43,665 nt of DNA from a virus. Taxonomy: Duplodnaviria; Caudoviricetes. How positions within the stretch are numbered: position 1 is the stretch's first letter; every line of letters starts with the position of its first letter. The notes beneath the pieces were generated by a model. That model saw only the letters and a program-made list of their open reading frames with translations. It did no database searches and was not told the origin of the DNA. The stretch is taken from positions 1 to 43,665 of IMG/VR virus record IMGVR_UViG_3300044612_000613; one strand, given 5' to 3'. This document shows positions 9,279-18,812 of the stretch, in pieces. The translations under genes were made by a program, and so were the position numbers.

Positions 9279-11011
9279 CAGACACCCACCGGGCCGGCAC
9301 CGGCCACGTCAAGCGCTCGGCCCAGCGCCGTCGTCTGGTCGACCTTGACGCCGCCAGCCTTGCCGACCATCTCGGCCATGGCCATGCCCTGCTGCATCGC
9401 CTGCGCCTGCTGAGCCTGCTGCGCCTTGGCTTCGCGCATCTCGGCCACCTTGTCGTCGGGCACCACGATGCGGGGCGAGACGCCCAGCATGTCCGCGCGC
9501 TCGTCGATGGCCTGGTCGAAATCGAGCTTGTCCAGCACGCCGGGGTTCATCTGGGCCAGCGAGGCCGCGAACCCGAACAGGTTGTCCATGGCCGACAGGC
9601 CGACGGCCTTCTGCGCCTGCGCCAGCACGGAGATGAACTCGACCTTGAGGTCGACCTCGGCCAGCTCCTCGGGCGGCGGCGGGATCAGCGGCTCCCCGTT
9701 GAGCAAGCCTTCCCAGTACGGGCGGGACTTGCGCACGAGGATGTCGAACGTGCGGTCGATGATCGGGTCTAGCAGCTCGTCGTTGACGCGCTCAACCACG
9801 GGGCCGAGCATCAGCAGCTTCTCCTCGTGACGCTCTTGGATCTCACGCGCAGTGATGTTAGACCGCGTGTCGTTCTGCATCATGAGGAACAGGTCGACGT
9901 ACAGCGCCCGACGAATCAGCTCCTCGGAACGCATGATGTCCTCGCCGATCGCGTTCAGATCGGGACGCCAGTCGTGGATCGGCTTGAGGCCGGCCTGCGA
10001 CTGCTGGCTGTCCACGTAGGTGATGTCGCCCGGGAGCATCGACACGCGCTGGTTCCGCAGGCTGGTCGGCGCGATCAGCGGCGGGTTGACCACCTTGTCG
10101 ATCGCCTCGGCCTTGCGCAGCTCCTTGAGCTGGAGCGCTTTGGCGTCGCCGAGCGCGTCCATGCACGGACTCGAGCCGTAGACCTCCTCGCCCGACGTGG
10201 TCCAGCGGCAGCCCAGCAGCGGGCTCGACTCGAACCCGCGGACGGCCAGCATCTTGTCCTCGTTGCCCGAGGCTTCCCAATACATCGAGCGCACCGGCAT
10301 GTCCCAGCGCTCGCCGTCGATGTAGCGCTCGTCGTTCGGCGCGATGGCGTGGCAGACGTCGATCCAGGTCTCCCACTGCCCGTTCTTCGCCATGTTCTTG
10401 ACGCGCTCGGAGCAGGCGTCCACGCCGAACTCCTGCACGATCTGGCGAACCGTGAGCTGAAACTCGCGGTAGAGCGTGTCGATGCGCTTGCGGTTCGACT
10501 GGGCCAGCCAGTAGCTGCCGATCTCGAACTGTTCGAAGCGCACGACGTCGTCGTCGTCCTCCAGCTCGACCATGCAGGCCGTGCCATAGACGCCGATGTC
10601 GCGGTAAATCGTGGGCAGGACGCGGTAAAGGTTCGACTTGCTGAACACCTCGCGCATCCGCGCCTCGACGGCGTACAGCCACTGCTTGACCGCGCCAATC
10701 TCGGCGAGCTGCGGGTCAGGCGTCGTGAGCCGGAACCATGGACGCGCCGGGCTGGTGTTGCCAGACGTCATGCCGGCGGCCAGCGTGTTGACCGACAGCA
10801 GCGGCGTGCCGTTGATGATCTTGTGGTTCCGCTTGCGCCCGCGCTCGCCCGCCGAGTAGCGATCGCCACGAATCCAGCGGCCGGAGCGCGGCGCGAAATG
10901 GTCCTGCAGCTCCTGCCAGTGGGTCTCGTAGCTGGTCCGCTCGTTCTTCATGTGAGCCGCGCGCTTCTTCCAGCGCTTGCACAGCTCACCGTTGGCGGGC
11001 GTGTAGGCCAT
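9278..11011 (-). CDS. Portal (head-to-tail connector) protein
   Basis: SPARPWFRL, GEEVYGSSP, TAREIQERHEEKLLMLGPV motifs. 577 aa. Confidence 0.93.
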   Translation of the reverse strand: MAYTPANGELCKRWKKRAAHMKNERTSYETHWQELQDHFAPRSGRWIRGDRYSAGERGRKRNHKIINGTPLLSVNTLAAGMTSGNTSPARPWFRLTTPDPQLAEIGAVKQWLYAVEARMREVFSKSNLYRVLPTIYRDIGVYGTACMVELEDDDDVVRFEQFEIGSYWLAQSNRKRIDTLYREFQLTVRQIVQEFGVDACSERVKNMAKNGQWETWIDVCHAIAPNDERYIDGERWDMPVRSMYWEASGNEDKMLAVRGFESSPLLGCRWTTSGEEVYGSSPCMDALGDAKALQLKELRKAEAIDKVVNPPLIAPTSLRNQRVSMLPGDITYVDSQQSQAGLKPIHDWRPDLNAIGEDIMRSEELIRRALYVDLFLMMQNDTRSNITAREIQERHEEKLLMLGPVVERVNDELLDPIIDRTFDILVRKSRPYWEGLLNGEPLIPPPPEELAEVDLKVEFISVLAQAQKAVGLSAMDNLFGFAASLAQMNPGVLDKLDFDQAIDERADMLGVSPRIVVPDDKVAEMREAKAQQAQQAQAMQQGMAMAEMVGKAGGVKVDQTTALGRALDVAGAGPVGV

Positions 11012-11014
11012 CGC

Positions 11015-11218
11015 TTACGAACCCAGCAGCGTCTTGGTCTGGCCAGTCGGAGCCTGCGCGGCCCCGGCCATGATCGTCGCCTGCCGGCCGTAGCGGCTCG
11101 CAGCCCGGCGGCGTTCGCGCTGCGACTCACGCATGACGGCCTCGTCCTCGGTCACGGGCGTGGTGGCCTGCGGCGGCGGCGGCATCGGGGCGGCCTTCGG
11201 GGCTTTCGGCTTGCACAT
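11015..11218 (-). CDS. Small virion protein with MC- N-terminus (T7 gp6.7/7.3-like position)
   Basis: MCKPKAP...G R..TI...KTLLG pattern, directly upstream of portal. Confidence 0.75.
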   Translation of the reverse strand: MCKPKAPKAAPMPPPPQATTPVTEDEAVMRESQRERRRAASRYGRQATIMAGAAQAPTGQTKTLLGS

Positions 11219-11267
11219 CGTTGCGATCCGGTCAACAGTTTGGGCGGATGATGCGCCGAAAGCATCA
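11219..11267. promoter_or_regulatory. Two operator-like palindromes upstream of the portal/capsid operon
   Basis: CGTTGCG-atccg-GTCAACA (11219-11237) and TGATGCG-ccgaa-AGCATCA (11249-11267). Confidence 0.5.
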
Positions 11268-11279
11268 CCGATGCAACAG

Positions 11280-12614
11280 TCATCCGAAGGGCGAGTAGTC
11301 GATCACCGCCCGGGCGTTGCCCGGCATGTCGCGGCTGGTCTGGATCGACCACGCCGGGGCCACCGGCTGGGCGAAGGTCAGGCACAGGGCATCGGCTAGG
11401 TCGGGGCTGGCCCCGATGCGCTCCTTGATGTCCTCCTTAGGCTCGAGCTTGAACACGCCGCGCGTCCGGTCGAACTCGTACTGCGGGGCCGACAGCTCGC
11501 GCACCAGCTCCATGACGTCGGGCAGCGCGCCGCCCTGCTCCAGCCACTCCTTGACCAGCCACCACATCTCGGCCCGCTTGTTCAGGAACCGCGGGTCGTT
11601 GGCCTTGCCGCCGAATTGCACCTCGATCGGCGTGTAGCCGAGCTGGCGCAGCCGGTCGATGACGCCGGCACCGTAGCCACCCGTGCCGTCGACGAACACC
11701 GCGTCAGGCTTCCAGAGCTGGATCTCCTGCGCGACACGGCTGGCCACGGCCATCGAGTCGTTCGACTGCAGGGTGACGGGCGTCCACGATGCCAGCCCCT
11801 GCCGGCGGATGATGGCCGACCGATCGCCACCCTGCCGGGCCACGTCGACACCGAGGATCTTGGGCGCGTGACTGTAGGCCGTCTCGGGCAGGTGCTTGCC
11901 ACGGGCCGTCATCGCCAGCGTCAGCGGGATCAGCGCGTTCTCGTTGGCCGCGGCGAAGTCGCACAGGTATTCCTGCCGGAACGCGTTCTCGGGCATCGAC
12001 TTGCGGGCCAGCTCGATCTCGGACTCGGGCAGCGCGCCGGTCTCGAGGACGGTGTAGAGCGCGGCGAACCAGTCGTCGTCACGCTGCGCCTGATCGTAGA
12101 GGTCTGAGAACCGGTTGACGCCCTTCGGCGTGCCGATGAACAGCGCCCAGCCCTGCCGGTCGGTCAGCGTCGGCAGCACGACCTGGTCCCAGACATCGGG
12201 CTTCATGTCGGCCACCTCGTCCATCACCGCGCCGTCGAGGTAGATGCCGCGCAGGCTGTCGGGGTTGTCCGCGCCGTAGATGCGGATGCGGCTGACGCTG
12301 CCGGCGTGGTTCGGCAGCTCGACCCAGCACTCGGACTCGTTGACCCGGCTGCCCGGCACCTTGAGTGCGTAGCCCTTGAGGTAGCTCCAGGCCACGTCCT
12401 TCGCCTGCTTGAACAGGGGCGCAATGTAGGCGTACCGGCCCTGCTCGCGCTGGCACTTCAAGGCCGCGTCGATCAGCCGCATGACCGCCATGACGGTCTT
12501 GCCGCCGCGGCGGTGGACGACCAGCACGCCGAAGCGCTTGCGACTCAGACCCCGGAAGCAGGCCCGCTGCCAGTCGCGGGGCTTGAAGCCGAGGTCAACC
12601 CGCTGCGTCGTCAT
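11280..12614 (-). CDS. terL: Terminase large subunit
   Basis: Walker A HRRGGKT, LRGIYLDGAVMDE, FIGTPKG, GVDVAR, SPDLADA. Confidence 0.95.
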   Translation of the reverse strand: MTTQRVDLGFKPRDWQRACFRGLSRKRFGVLVVHRRGGKTVMAVMRLIDAALKCQREQGRYAYIAPLFKQAKDVAWSYLKGYALKVPGSRVNESECWVELPNHAGSVSRIRIYGADNPDSLRGIYLDGAVMDEVADMKPDVWDQVVLPTLTDRQGWALFIGTPKGVNRFSDLYDQAQRDDDWFAALYTVLETGALPESEIELARKSMPENAFRQEYLCDFAAANENALIPLTLAMTARGKHLPETAYSHAPKILGVDVARQGGDRSAIIRRQGLASWTPVTLQSNDSMAVASRVAQEIQLWKPDAVFVDGTGGYGAGVIDRLRQLGYTPIEVQFGGKANDPRFLNKRAEMWWLVKEWLEQGGALPDVMELVRELSAPQYEFDRTRGVFKLEPKEDIKERIGASPDLADALCLTFAQPVAPAWSIQTSRDMPGNARAVIDYSPFG

Positions 12615-13008
12615 CGGGCACGCCAGTCACGACCTGGACCAGCACTGCGCCGTCCTTGCCCGAGCCCTGCACCTCGACCTTGTCGCCGTAGTCGCGGGGC
12701 GCGATCTTGGCAGCCCGCCAGCGGTAATGGTGGGCGATCTCGCGCGCCTTCTTCAGCTCGAACTCGTCGCCAGCGTGAGCGATGGCCGCCTCGGCTCGCT
12801 CGTCCCAGTGCAGCGCCATCTTGACCCTGATCTCTCGGACACGCGCGGAACGCTCACCATCGGCCGAGATCCAGTTCAGGAAGCTGCCGATGGAGACGCC
12901 GGCCTCGAAGGCGATGGCGGTCATGGACTTGCCCTGCGCGATGGACTCGCAGATGGCGTCGAGGCCGATAGCGTCGAGCTTTTCGGTGGCGATGGGTGGC
13001 TGGGGCAT
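12595..13008 (-). CDS. terS: Terminase small subunit
   Basis: ICESIAQGKSM...FLNWI...RWRAAKIAPRDYGDK. Overlaps terL. Start is 13008 or 13017. Confidence 0.85.
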   Translation of the reverse strand: MPQPPIATEKLDAIGLDAICESIAQGKSMTAIAFEAGVSIGSFLNWISADGERSARVREIRVKMALHWDERAEAAIAHAGDEFELKKAREIAHHYRWRAAKIAPRDYGDKVEVQGSGKDGAVLVQVVTGVPDDDAAG

Positions 13009-13026
13009 GGCTCTCATCGTATCAGG

Positions 13027-13045
13027 TGGTGCGGCTGGCGCAATG
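13027..13045. promoter_or_regulatory. Operator-like palindrome overlapping a possible terS promoter
   Basis: TGGTGCG-gctgg-CGCAATG. On the minus strand, TTGCGC-16 nt-TACGAT. Confidence 0.45.
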
Positions 13046-13046
13046 C

Positions 13047-13292
13047 TTACGCGACGCGGATGCAGCACGCCTCGCCGTCGATCTTGCGGATGACGAACTT
13101 CTTGCCAGTCCTCTTGCCGTACTTCGACTTGCAAGAGTTGAGCGACTGTCTGTTGCAATCCTTTCCAACGACGAACGCCTCGCCAACCTTGAGCATGTCC
13201 AGTGGGTATCGGCGCAAATCACCCTTGCTGATCGTCTCCATTCGAGACAGCGGAACCTCGAAAATCTTATACCCACCATCATTCTGAGACAT
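13047..13292 (-). CDS. Small basic putative DNA-binding protein
   Basis: YPLDMLKVGEAFVV...KKFVIRK motif seen in small phage proteins. SD AGGAGG. AT-rich. Confidence 0.7.
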   Translation of the reverse strand: MSQNDGGYKIFEVPLSRMETISKGDLRRYPLDMLKVGEAFVVGKDCNRQSLNSCKSKYGKRTGKKFVIRKIDGEACCIRVA

Positions 13293-13339
13293 TGCGACCT
13301 CCTGTTGACTGGCTAATTGTATGCAACTCAATAGCGAAC

Positions 13340-13530
13340 ATCAACGGCGGTGGGTGTGGTGGGGCTGGGTGGGGTTTGTCCGAATGGGGCCTTATATCGC
13401 AGAAATATTCAGCTTCTGTTTATTTATACGCGTGAGACGCGCGTGTGGAACAGTCCTATTCGGAAGAAGCCCACCCAAGACCACCACGTTTAGAATCAAT
13501 GACTTGCGCAGGGCTGGGTGGATCGACAGT
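13340..13530. other. Putative replication origin
   Basis: Non-coding segment directly after primase-helicase. Inverted GTGGTGG/TGGGTGG repeats flank an AT-rich core. IHF consensus AATCAAtgacTTG at 13494-13506. Confidence 0.55.
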
Positions 13531-16011
13531 CTATTCTGGAAATCCCCCACCACTTCGCAGTGCAATGCCCCTGAACATCTGAATGCCCCTGAGCATCGCC
13601 GACATGAACCCCTTGTGTTCCATCGCCGCGATCCACCGCTTCTGCGGCAGGGCGTACTCTCCGGCATCCTCGGCCCACTCCTTGTAGGACTTGTAGAGGT
13701 CGCCGCGGCGGGCACTGAACGCGGCGGTCAGCTCGCAGCACTCGTCGAGCCAGGCCCCAAGGTTGTCCTGCTGCTCGAGGTATTCAGCGGTCGCGGCCAG
13801 CACGGCGGCGGACGGCTTGAGGCCCATGCGCTGCCACTGCATGCAGCCCTGGACGCACCAATCGAGGATGCCGTCGGCCTCGGCGATCAGCTTGGCGGGC
13901 AGCTCATGGTCGCGGTCCTCGGGCTTGACCGTGACGGTGAACGGGATCAGGTGCAGGCGTCGCTTCATGGCCTCGTCGACGTTGCGCAGGCCGGGCTTGT
14001 GGTTGCCCGTCATCACCAGCTTGAACTGGGGGATGAACTCGAAGTCGTCCATTCGCATAAACCTTGCCGTGACCGGATCGCCGCCGGTCAGCGCCTTGAT
14101 CTTGGCCTCAGCCCAGCGCTTTCCCTCCTCGGTCTCCTGCGCCGCGACCAGCCGGGCACCCATCAGGCGGGCCAGCTCGGTCGTGTGCGCCTCGTGCTTC
14201 CGCTCGGTGAACATGTCGGCCGGGGCCGACTTCGCGTAGTCGCCGAGGATTCGCTGCAGCGTGTTGAGGAACGTCCCCTTGCCGTTGCCGCCCGTGCCGT
14301 AGACGAAGAACAGCGCATGCTCGCGGGTCGAGCCGGTCAACGCGTAGCCGGCCACCCGCTGGAGGTAAGCCTGCAGGTCCTTGTCGCCGGCCGTGGCCAC
14401 GTCGAGGAACTGCAGCCACGTCGGGCAGTCACCGCGCGGCGTGGCCTCGGTGATGCGGGTCATGTAGTCCTCGCGGCGGCCGGGGCGCAACTCGCCAGTC
14501 CGCAGGTCGACGACGCCGCCCGGCGTGTTGAGTGCCCACTGGTCGGCGTCCCACTGGTCGGACCGGGCGACGATGCGCGGGTCGGACTTCGACAGCTCGA
14601 CCACGTTGGAGATCGTGCGCTTCTCCCCATACCGGGCGATCGTGGCCTGGCGCTGGCGCTCGGTGGTGAACTCGGTGCCGTCGGTTCGGGCGAAGTCGGC
14701 AACGGCACAGCACAGCTTTTTTCCGCGCTCGAACGCGACGCGCACCTCGTCCTTGACCCAGTGCATGCCGTCCCAGACCATCCAGCGGCCCCACGCGTCG
14801 ACCCAGCGCAGCGTCTCCTCGTTCATCTGGGCGAACCGGATGCCGACGTTCACCTCGGAATACAGCGCCGGCATGTTGTCGGCCGGGTCCATCGTCCGGT
14901 CAAGGTCGGCACTGATGCGGCCGAGCACGGTGTTAACCGGTGCAGCCACGACCGGCATGGTGGCATCATGCGCGCCACCTGCCGCCGTCCCGTCGTGCTC
15001 CGGCTCACCCTTCGCCGCGGGCTCTCCCTCGTCGGGCGGCGGCGGGACTTCGCCGGCGATGATGGCGCGCAGCTGCTCGGGGCTGCCGCCCTCGCGAAGC
15101 CAATCGTCCCAGTCCGTGCCTTGGCACCCCGTCGGCCACACCGCGCGGGCGCCGATGGCTTCCGCCGCGTCCTCGCCGGCGTCGATACCGGGGTTGAAGC
15201 CCTTCGTCGCCTCGGTGCCGTGGTCGTTGTCCGCGCAGATCACGACCTCGCGGCCCTTGGCCTGATGGGCGACGATGCGGGCCACAGTGAGCAGGTTCTT
15301 CGCCGACATGGCGCACACGACGGAATGGCCGGTCGCGGCGTGGAGCGCGGCGCCGGTGGCGTAGCCCTCGCACACCAGCACGCGCGCCGGATCGGTGCCG
15401 CGGATCGGGTGGTAGCACCCCGCCTGCTGCCCGCCGGCCAGGTTCAGCTTGACCTTGCCGCGGGTGATGGCCTGCAGCGAACGGATGACGCCGGGCCGGG
15501 AATACACCGGAACCAGCAGCACGCCGCGCTCGGTGTCGGTGCGGGCGGCATCGCTAAGGAACTCGCCCATGGGCAGCGCATCGAGGATCCGCACGCTGCT
15601 GGGTGACTCGATCCCCTTGGCCTCGAGGTACGGGTGACGATTGACCGGCACAGCGCCAGCCCAGAGGCTCGCGGCGTACTCAGCACGGGCGTCATGCCGT
15701 GCGGTTTGCGCGGCCTCCTCCTCAGCCCGCTGCTTTGCCCAGCGGCGACGCGCCTCGGCACGCTCGGCCTCGGTCATCGGCTTGCGCTCGGCGAGCGAGA
15801 ACGACCCTTTCTGGCCGGTGGGGTAATGCTCAAACCAGCCGACCGGGCGGTCATCGTCGTGGATCTTGTACGCAAGCTTCTTGCTGCGCGGGCGCTCGCC
15901 TTCTGGCGTGGCGTGGCGCAGCTTGCCGTCGGCGACCAGGTCCTGCGGGTTGACGTGGATGCCGTAGTCAGCGGCCAGCTTGTCGGCGAAGGCGACGTAG
16001 ACGTCGATCAC
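13531..16011 (-). CDS. TOPRIM primase fused to P4/D5-type SF3 helicase
   Basis: CEGYATG and ADND TOPRIM motifs. D5_N region. Walker A GTGGNGKGT. GTG start overlaps the upstream stop. Confidence 0.92.
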   Translation of the reverse strand: MIDVYVAFADKLAADYGIHVNPQDLVADGKLRHATPEGERPRSKKLAYKIHDDDRPVGWFEHYPTGQKGSFSLAERKPMTEAERAEARRRWAKQRAEEEAAQTARHDARAEYAASLWAGAVPVNRHPYLEAKGIESPSSVRILDALPMGEFLSDAARTDTERGVLLVPVYSRPGVIRSLQAITRGKVKLNLAGGQQAGCYHPIRGTDPARVLVCEGYATGAALHAATGHSVVCAMSAKNLLTVARIVAHQAKGREVVICADNDHGTEATKGFNPGIDAGEDAAEAIGARAVWPTGCQGTDWDDWLREGGSPEQLRAIIAGEVPPPPDEGEPAAKGEPEHDGTAAGGAHDATMPVVAAPVNTVLGRISADLDRTMDPADNMPALYSEVNVGIRFAQMNEETLRWVDAWGRWMVWDGMHWVKDEVRVAFERGKKLCCAVADFARTDGTEFTTERQRQATIARYGEKRTISNVVELSKSDPRIVARSDQWDADQWALNTPGGVVDLRTGELRPGRREDYMTRITEATPRGDCPTWLQFLDVATAGDKDLQAYLQRVAGYALTGSTREHALFFVYGTGGNGKGTFLNTLQRILGDYAKSAPADMFTERKHEAHTTELARLMGARLVAAQETEEGKRWAEAKIKALTGGDPVTARFMRMDDFEFIPQFKLVMTGNHKPGLRNVDEAMKRRLHLIPFTVTVKPEDRDHELPAKLIAEADGILDWCVQGCMQWQRMGLKPSAAVLAATAEYLEQQDNLGAWLDECCELTAAFSARRGDLYKSYKEWAEDAGEYALPQKRWIAAMEHKGFMSAMLRGIQMFRGIALRSGGGFPE

Positions 16012-16427
16012 AGCCCGCCCTCCTCGGTCAGCTCGCGGCCGATGAACGCGGCGAGCCGCTGCCGGTAGGCCGTGCACGCCGCCGGGCCCTGCCATGGCGC
16101 GGGCTTGTCGCCCCCGTAGAAGAACCAGAACGAGCCGTCGGCCGTGACGACGTTGTGCATGCCTGCCGCTGCCGGGTCGACGCCGTCTTCGCGGTCGATG
16201 ACGAGCGACGCGAACTGGTAATGGTCGAGGTAATCGACGCGCGACTGCCCCTCGATCGGCCAGCCCAGCGGCTTGTAGTTGCGGTTGAGGAGCAGATAGC
16301 CCTCGGGCGTCTCGACGACGCAGTACGGCAAGAGCTGGCGCACGAGGCGCTTGCGGGCCCTACTCCCGCGGACTGGCAGCAGTTGCGCCGCCATAGATGA
16401 CACGAAACGCCGAGCGTACTCGGACAC
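16008..16427 (-). CDS. Hypothetical protein (PYC...LLNRNYKPLG motif)
   Basis: Coupled to the primase start. Start uncertain (GTG 16427 or ATG 16394). Confidence 0.7.
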   Translation of the reverse strand: MSEYARRFVSSMAAQLLPVRGSRARKRLVRQLLPYCVVETPEGYLLLNRNYKPLGWPIEGQSRVDYLDHYQFASLVIDREDGVDPAAAGMHNVVTADGSFWFFYGGDKPAPWQGPAACTAYRQRLAAFIGRELTEEGGL

Positions 16428-16483
16428 GGGAACCCCCGGATGTTGTGGCGCCGGGAACCCCCGGCTTGAGGATAGTGCTACAG

Positions 16484-16502
16484 CGATGCGCCCAGCGCAA
16501 CA
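16484..16502. promoter_or_regulatory. Operator-like palindrome
   Basis: CGATGCG-cccag-CGCAACA in an intergenic gap. Confidence 0.6.
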
Positions 16503-16503
16503 G

Positions 16504-17049
16504 TCACAGTCGCGCAATCAGCCCCGCGCCGACCGGCTTGACCCGCTGGCTGCGCTTCCGACCAAGTCGACCAGCCTCGCGCCGATCGCGCACTGCCTTG
16601 CGCTGCCCGTTCGCCAGCCGCCAAGCGTTGATCCAGCGGAACGCGGTCTCGCGCGACATGCCGAACTCGGACATGAGGTCGGCGTAGGTCAGCTCCTGGC
16701 CGGCGGTGAACCGCTTGGCGATAAGGATGGCGAGCGTGATCGTGGTGCCGATGTTCTGGTCGCGCAGCTCGGCGGGCACCTTGGCCTTTCGGTAGTCGGT
16801 GCGGGTGAGCGGCGCCGACGGGCCGGTGTAGCTGGCCCCGGGCACGATCTCCCAGCGGATCGGCATTGACTGGCCGATGCGCCGCACCTTGCCCAGCGTC
16901 TCGAGCCGGTGGATGCCGACGGACACCGGGCCGATCGTCTGCCGGTTCGGCTCGATGCCGATGGAGACGGTGGCCTCGCGCGCCGTCATCGGCACGCCGG
17001 CCTCGGTCATGGCCTTGAAGATGCGGGCCATTTTGTTCGGTTCAGCCAT
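16504..17049 (-). CDS. Protein with two HTH/winged-helix-like domains
   Basis: N-terminal PMTARE...RLETLGKV and C-terminal LTYADLMSEFGMSRETAFRW. Confidence 0.7.
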   Translation of the reverse strand: MAEPNKMARIFKAMTEAGVPMTAREATVSIGIEPNRQTIGPVSVGIHRLETLGKVRRIGQSMPIRWEIVPGASYTGPSAPLTRTDYRKAKVPAELRDQNIGTTITLAILIAKRFTAGQELTYADLMSEFGMSRETAFRWINAWRLANGQRKAVRDRREAGRLGRKRSQRVKPVGAGLIARL

Positions 17050-17347
17050 GGGTTTCGTCCTCGTCGGGGAATAGCTCGCGGGCTTCCTGCACGCAGGCCT
17101 CGGCGAACTGGTGCGCGTTGACGAACTGGGACATCGTGTAGCGTGCGATGCGCCGCAGCACGCGATACGCCGCCTCTCGCTGCTCGCGCGCCAGGCGAAG
17201 GTCGGTGTCGCCGAACTTGGCAAGGATGCGTTGCTGCTCGACGCGGAACTGCAGGGCGGTGATCTCGGCCTGCATCGTCGCCACATCCTCCGGCGTGTAG
17301 TACGTGAGCGTCCGGTGCGCGTTGAGCTTGAGGGTGCGCGGGGTCAT
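17042..17347 (-). CDS. Hypothetical protein
   Basis: Overlaps both neighbours in a coupled arrangement. Confidence 0.7.
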   Translation of the reverse strand: MTPRTLKLNAHRTLTYYTPEDVATMQAEITALQFRVEQQRILAKFGDTDLRLAREQREAAYRVLRRIARYTMSQFVNAHQFAEACVQEARELFPDEDETHG

Positions 17348-17766
17348 GGCTTGCTCCGTGCTGCGTCGATGGCGGCGTCTGTGTATGCGGAATCGCCGTT
17401 GCCAAATACTCCGCCCGATGCGATTCGCGCGGCCTCCTTAACTTTCGTCCGGCTTACGCTGCTTCCAGAAAGCAGCGGCATTACTGCGCGGAATGCGGCC
17501 TCTGCATTCTTGTCGCCGTTAAGCGCAATCTCGGCAAGCGTGATCGCGTAATGCTTGCAGCGCGAACGTGTCTGGTCGGAGTTGCGGAGTACGCGCTTGC
17601 GGTCAAGCTCCGCCCGCGCCGCGGCGAGTTCGGCCTCAAGCTCCGCGATGCGGGCGTCGGCTTCGTCCTTGGCGTACCACTTCCCGCCCGGGTCGGCGGT
17701 CATTTCGTGGCGCTCATGCCGCCCCTGCACGTAGCCTTCAAGTGCATACCTCGTCAGTGGCTTCAC
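17344..17766 (-). CDS. Hypothetical mosaic accessory protein
   Basis: GTG start in a GTGA overlap. Ends DAAIDAARSKP, a common phage accessory C-terminus. Confidence 0.65.
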   Translation of the reverse strand: MKPLTRYALEGYVQGRHERHEMTADPGGKWYAKDEADARIAELEAELAAARAELDRKRVLRNSDQTRSRCKHYAITLAEIALNGDKNAEAAFRAVMPLLSGSSVSRTKVKEAARIASGGVFGNGDSAYTDAAIDAARSKP

Positions 17767-17912
17767 GGCTTCACCTCCGGCGGCTCGGGCTTGCGGTATT
17801 TGCGCGGCTTGGTCGATGCCCAGAACCACATGCAAAGCGGCACGACAAGCCCACCAACAGTTCCGCCAACAATGCCCGCGATGCAGGCGCGAATGATTTG
17901 CTCCGTAGTCAC
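17763..17912 (-). CDS. Small single-TM membrane protein
   Basis: Hydrophobic stretch CIAGIVGGTVGGLVVPLCMWFW. GTGA overlaps at both ends. Confidence 0.6.
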   Translation of the reverse strand: MTTEQIIRACIAGIVGGTVGGLVVPLCMWFWASTKPRKYRKPEPPEVKP

Positions 17913-18664
17913 GGCTTCACCCCCAGCGAGGCGCGGATGCGCTGCCATGCTTCGTCGGCCCACTCGACGCCTGCCGGATTGATGCCGTAAACGGAACACC
18001 GCCGCCGCTTTTTGAGGAAGTCATCAATTCGCGCCACATCCTCCGCGCTGGCCTGCGGGCTGGCCTGCGGGCTGGCCTGCGGCTGCGGTTGCGGGGCGTT
18101 CGCCAGCCGCCACTTCTCCGCCCTCTCGAACGCTGCGAAGTCGTGCGAGGTTTCAAAGTCGCCTTTGCCCATCCAGAAGTCCGCCCACGAAATGACCTGC
18201 GCCGGCATCGTGGCGGCGTGCGTGCTGGCCTGCGGGGCGGCGGCAAGCATGGCGCGGTAGGTCGGCTCCACGTATGCGCGCGGGCAGTCGGCATCCCAGA
18301 TTGCCGCTGAGACCATTTCAAGCGTTGCCTTGCGCGGCACCATCACCCACTCGCCGGCACGGCGGCCTGCGGGCGGGGCGGCGGCAAGCGCGGCCCGGTA
18401 ATCGCTGGCGGCAAGCCTGATGCACTTCTCCTTGATCCCGTTGCTCAGGTCTTTGTCGAAGTCTCCGTCAACCGCATTGCGCGCCATTGCCTCAACCATC
18501 GCAGGCGTCGGTTCACGCGGCACCATCACCCACTCGCCCACCGGCTCGGCCTGCGGCTGCAACTGCACCGCCGACGCCAGCCCCCCGCACAACAGATCGT
18601 CGGATGCGTGGTGATACAGGCCGGCGTTGCGGAACACGCGCCGGATCGGTTCGAGTTTATCCAT
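17909..18664 (-). CDS. Mosaic accessory protein with duplicated WVMVPR..T..M...YRA.LAAAP module (Eaa/Ead-like)
   Basis: Two copies of the module. 23-bp exact DNA repeat at 18333-18355 and 18516-18538. Confidence 0.7.
   Translation of the reverse strand: MDKLEPIRRVFRNAGLYHHASDDLLCGGLASAVQLQPQAEPVGEWVMVPREPTPAMVEAMARNAVDGDFDKDLSNGIKEKCIRLAASDYRAALAAAPPAGRRAGEWVMVPRKATLEMVSAAIWDADCPRAYVEPTYRAMLAAAPQASTHAATMPAQVISWADFWMGKGDFETSHDFAAFERAEKWRLANAPQPQPQASPQASPQASAEDVARIDDFLKKRRRCSVYGINPAGVEWADEAWQRIRASLGVKP
18047..18082. repeat. 12-bp tandem repeat x3 (GCTGGCCTGCGG, encoding PQAS)
   Basis: Read directly. A further single copy at 18224-18235. Confidence 0.9.
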
Positions 18665-18812
18665 TGACCTTGACTCCCATTCGGTTGCGAGCCGGGACGA
18701 CCTCGTCCGCGCGGCTCGGTTGCTTGATCGGCGACTGAAACGCCGCCTTCTGGTTCACGGTGAGCTTGCGGGGCTTCCGCTTCGGGCACTTGCCCGCGGG
18801 CTTTTTGGTCAC
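18657..18812 (-). CDS. Small basic hypothetical protein
   Basis: GTG start in a GTGA overlap. Fills the gap. Confidence 0.5.
   Translation of the reverse strand: MTKKPAGKCPKRKPRKLTVNQKAAFQSPIKQPSRADEVVPARNRMGVKVNG

Noticed and set aside
13564-13597. 18-bp-period duplication at the primase 3' end as an iteron
   Set aside because: Only two imperfect copies, in frame (MLRGIQ/MFRGIA), and unlike the G-rich repeats of the adjacent intergenic region.
18047-18082. CRISPR-like or regulatory array
   Set aside because: In-frame 12-bp coding repeats with no spacers. No CRISPR array seen anywhere in the window.
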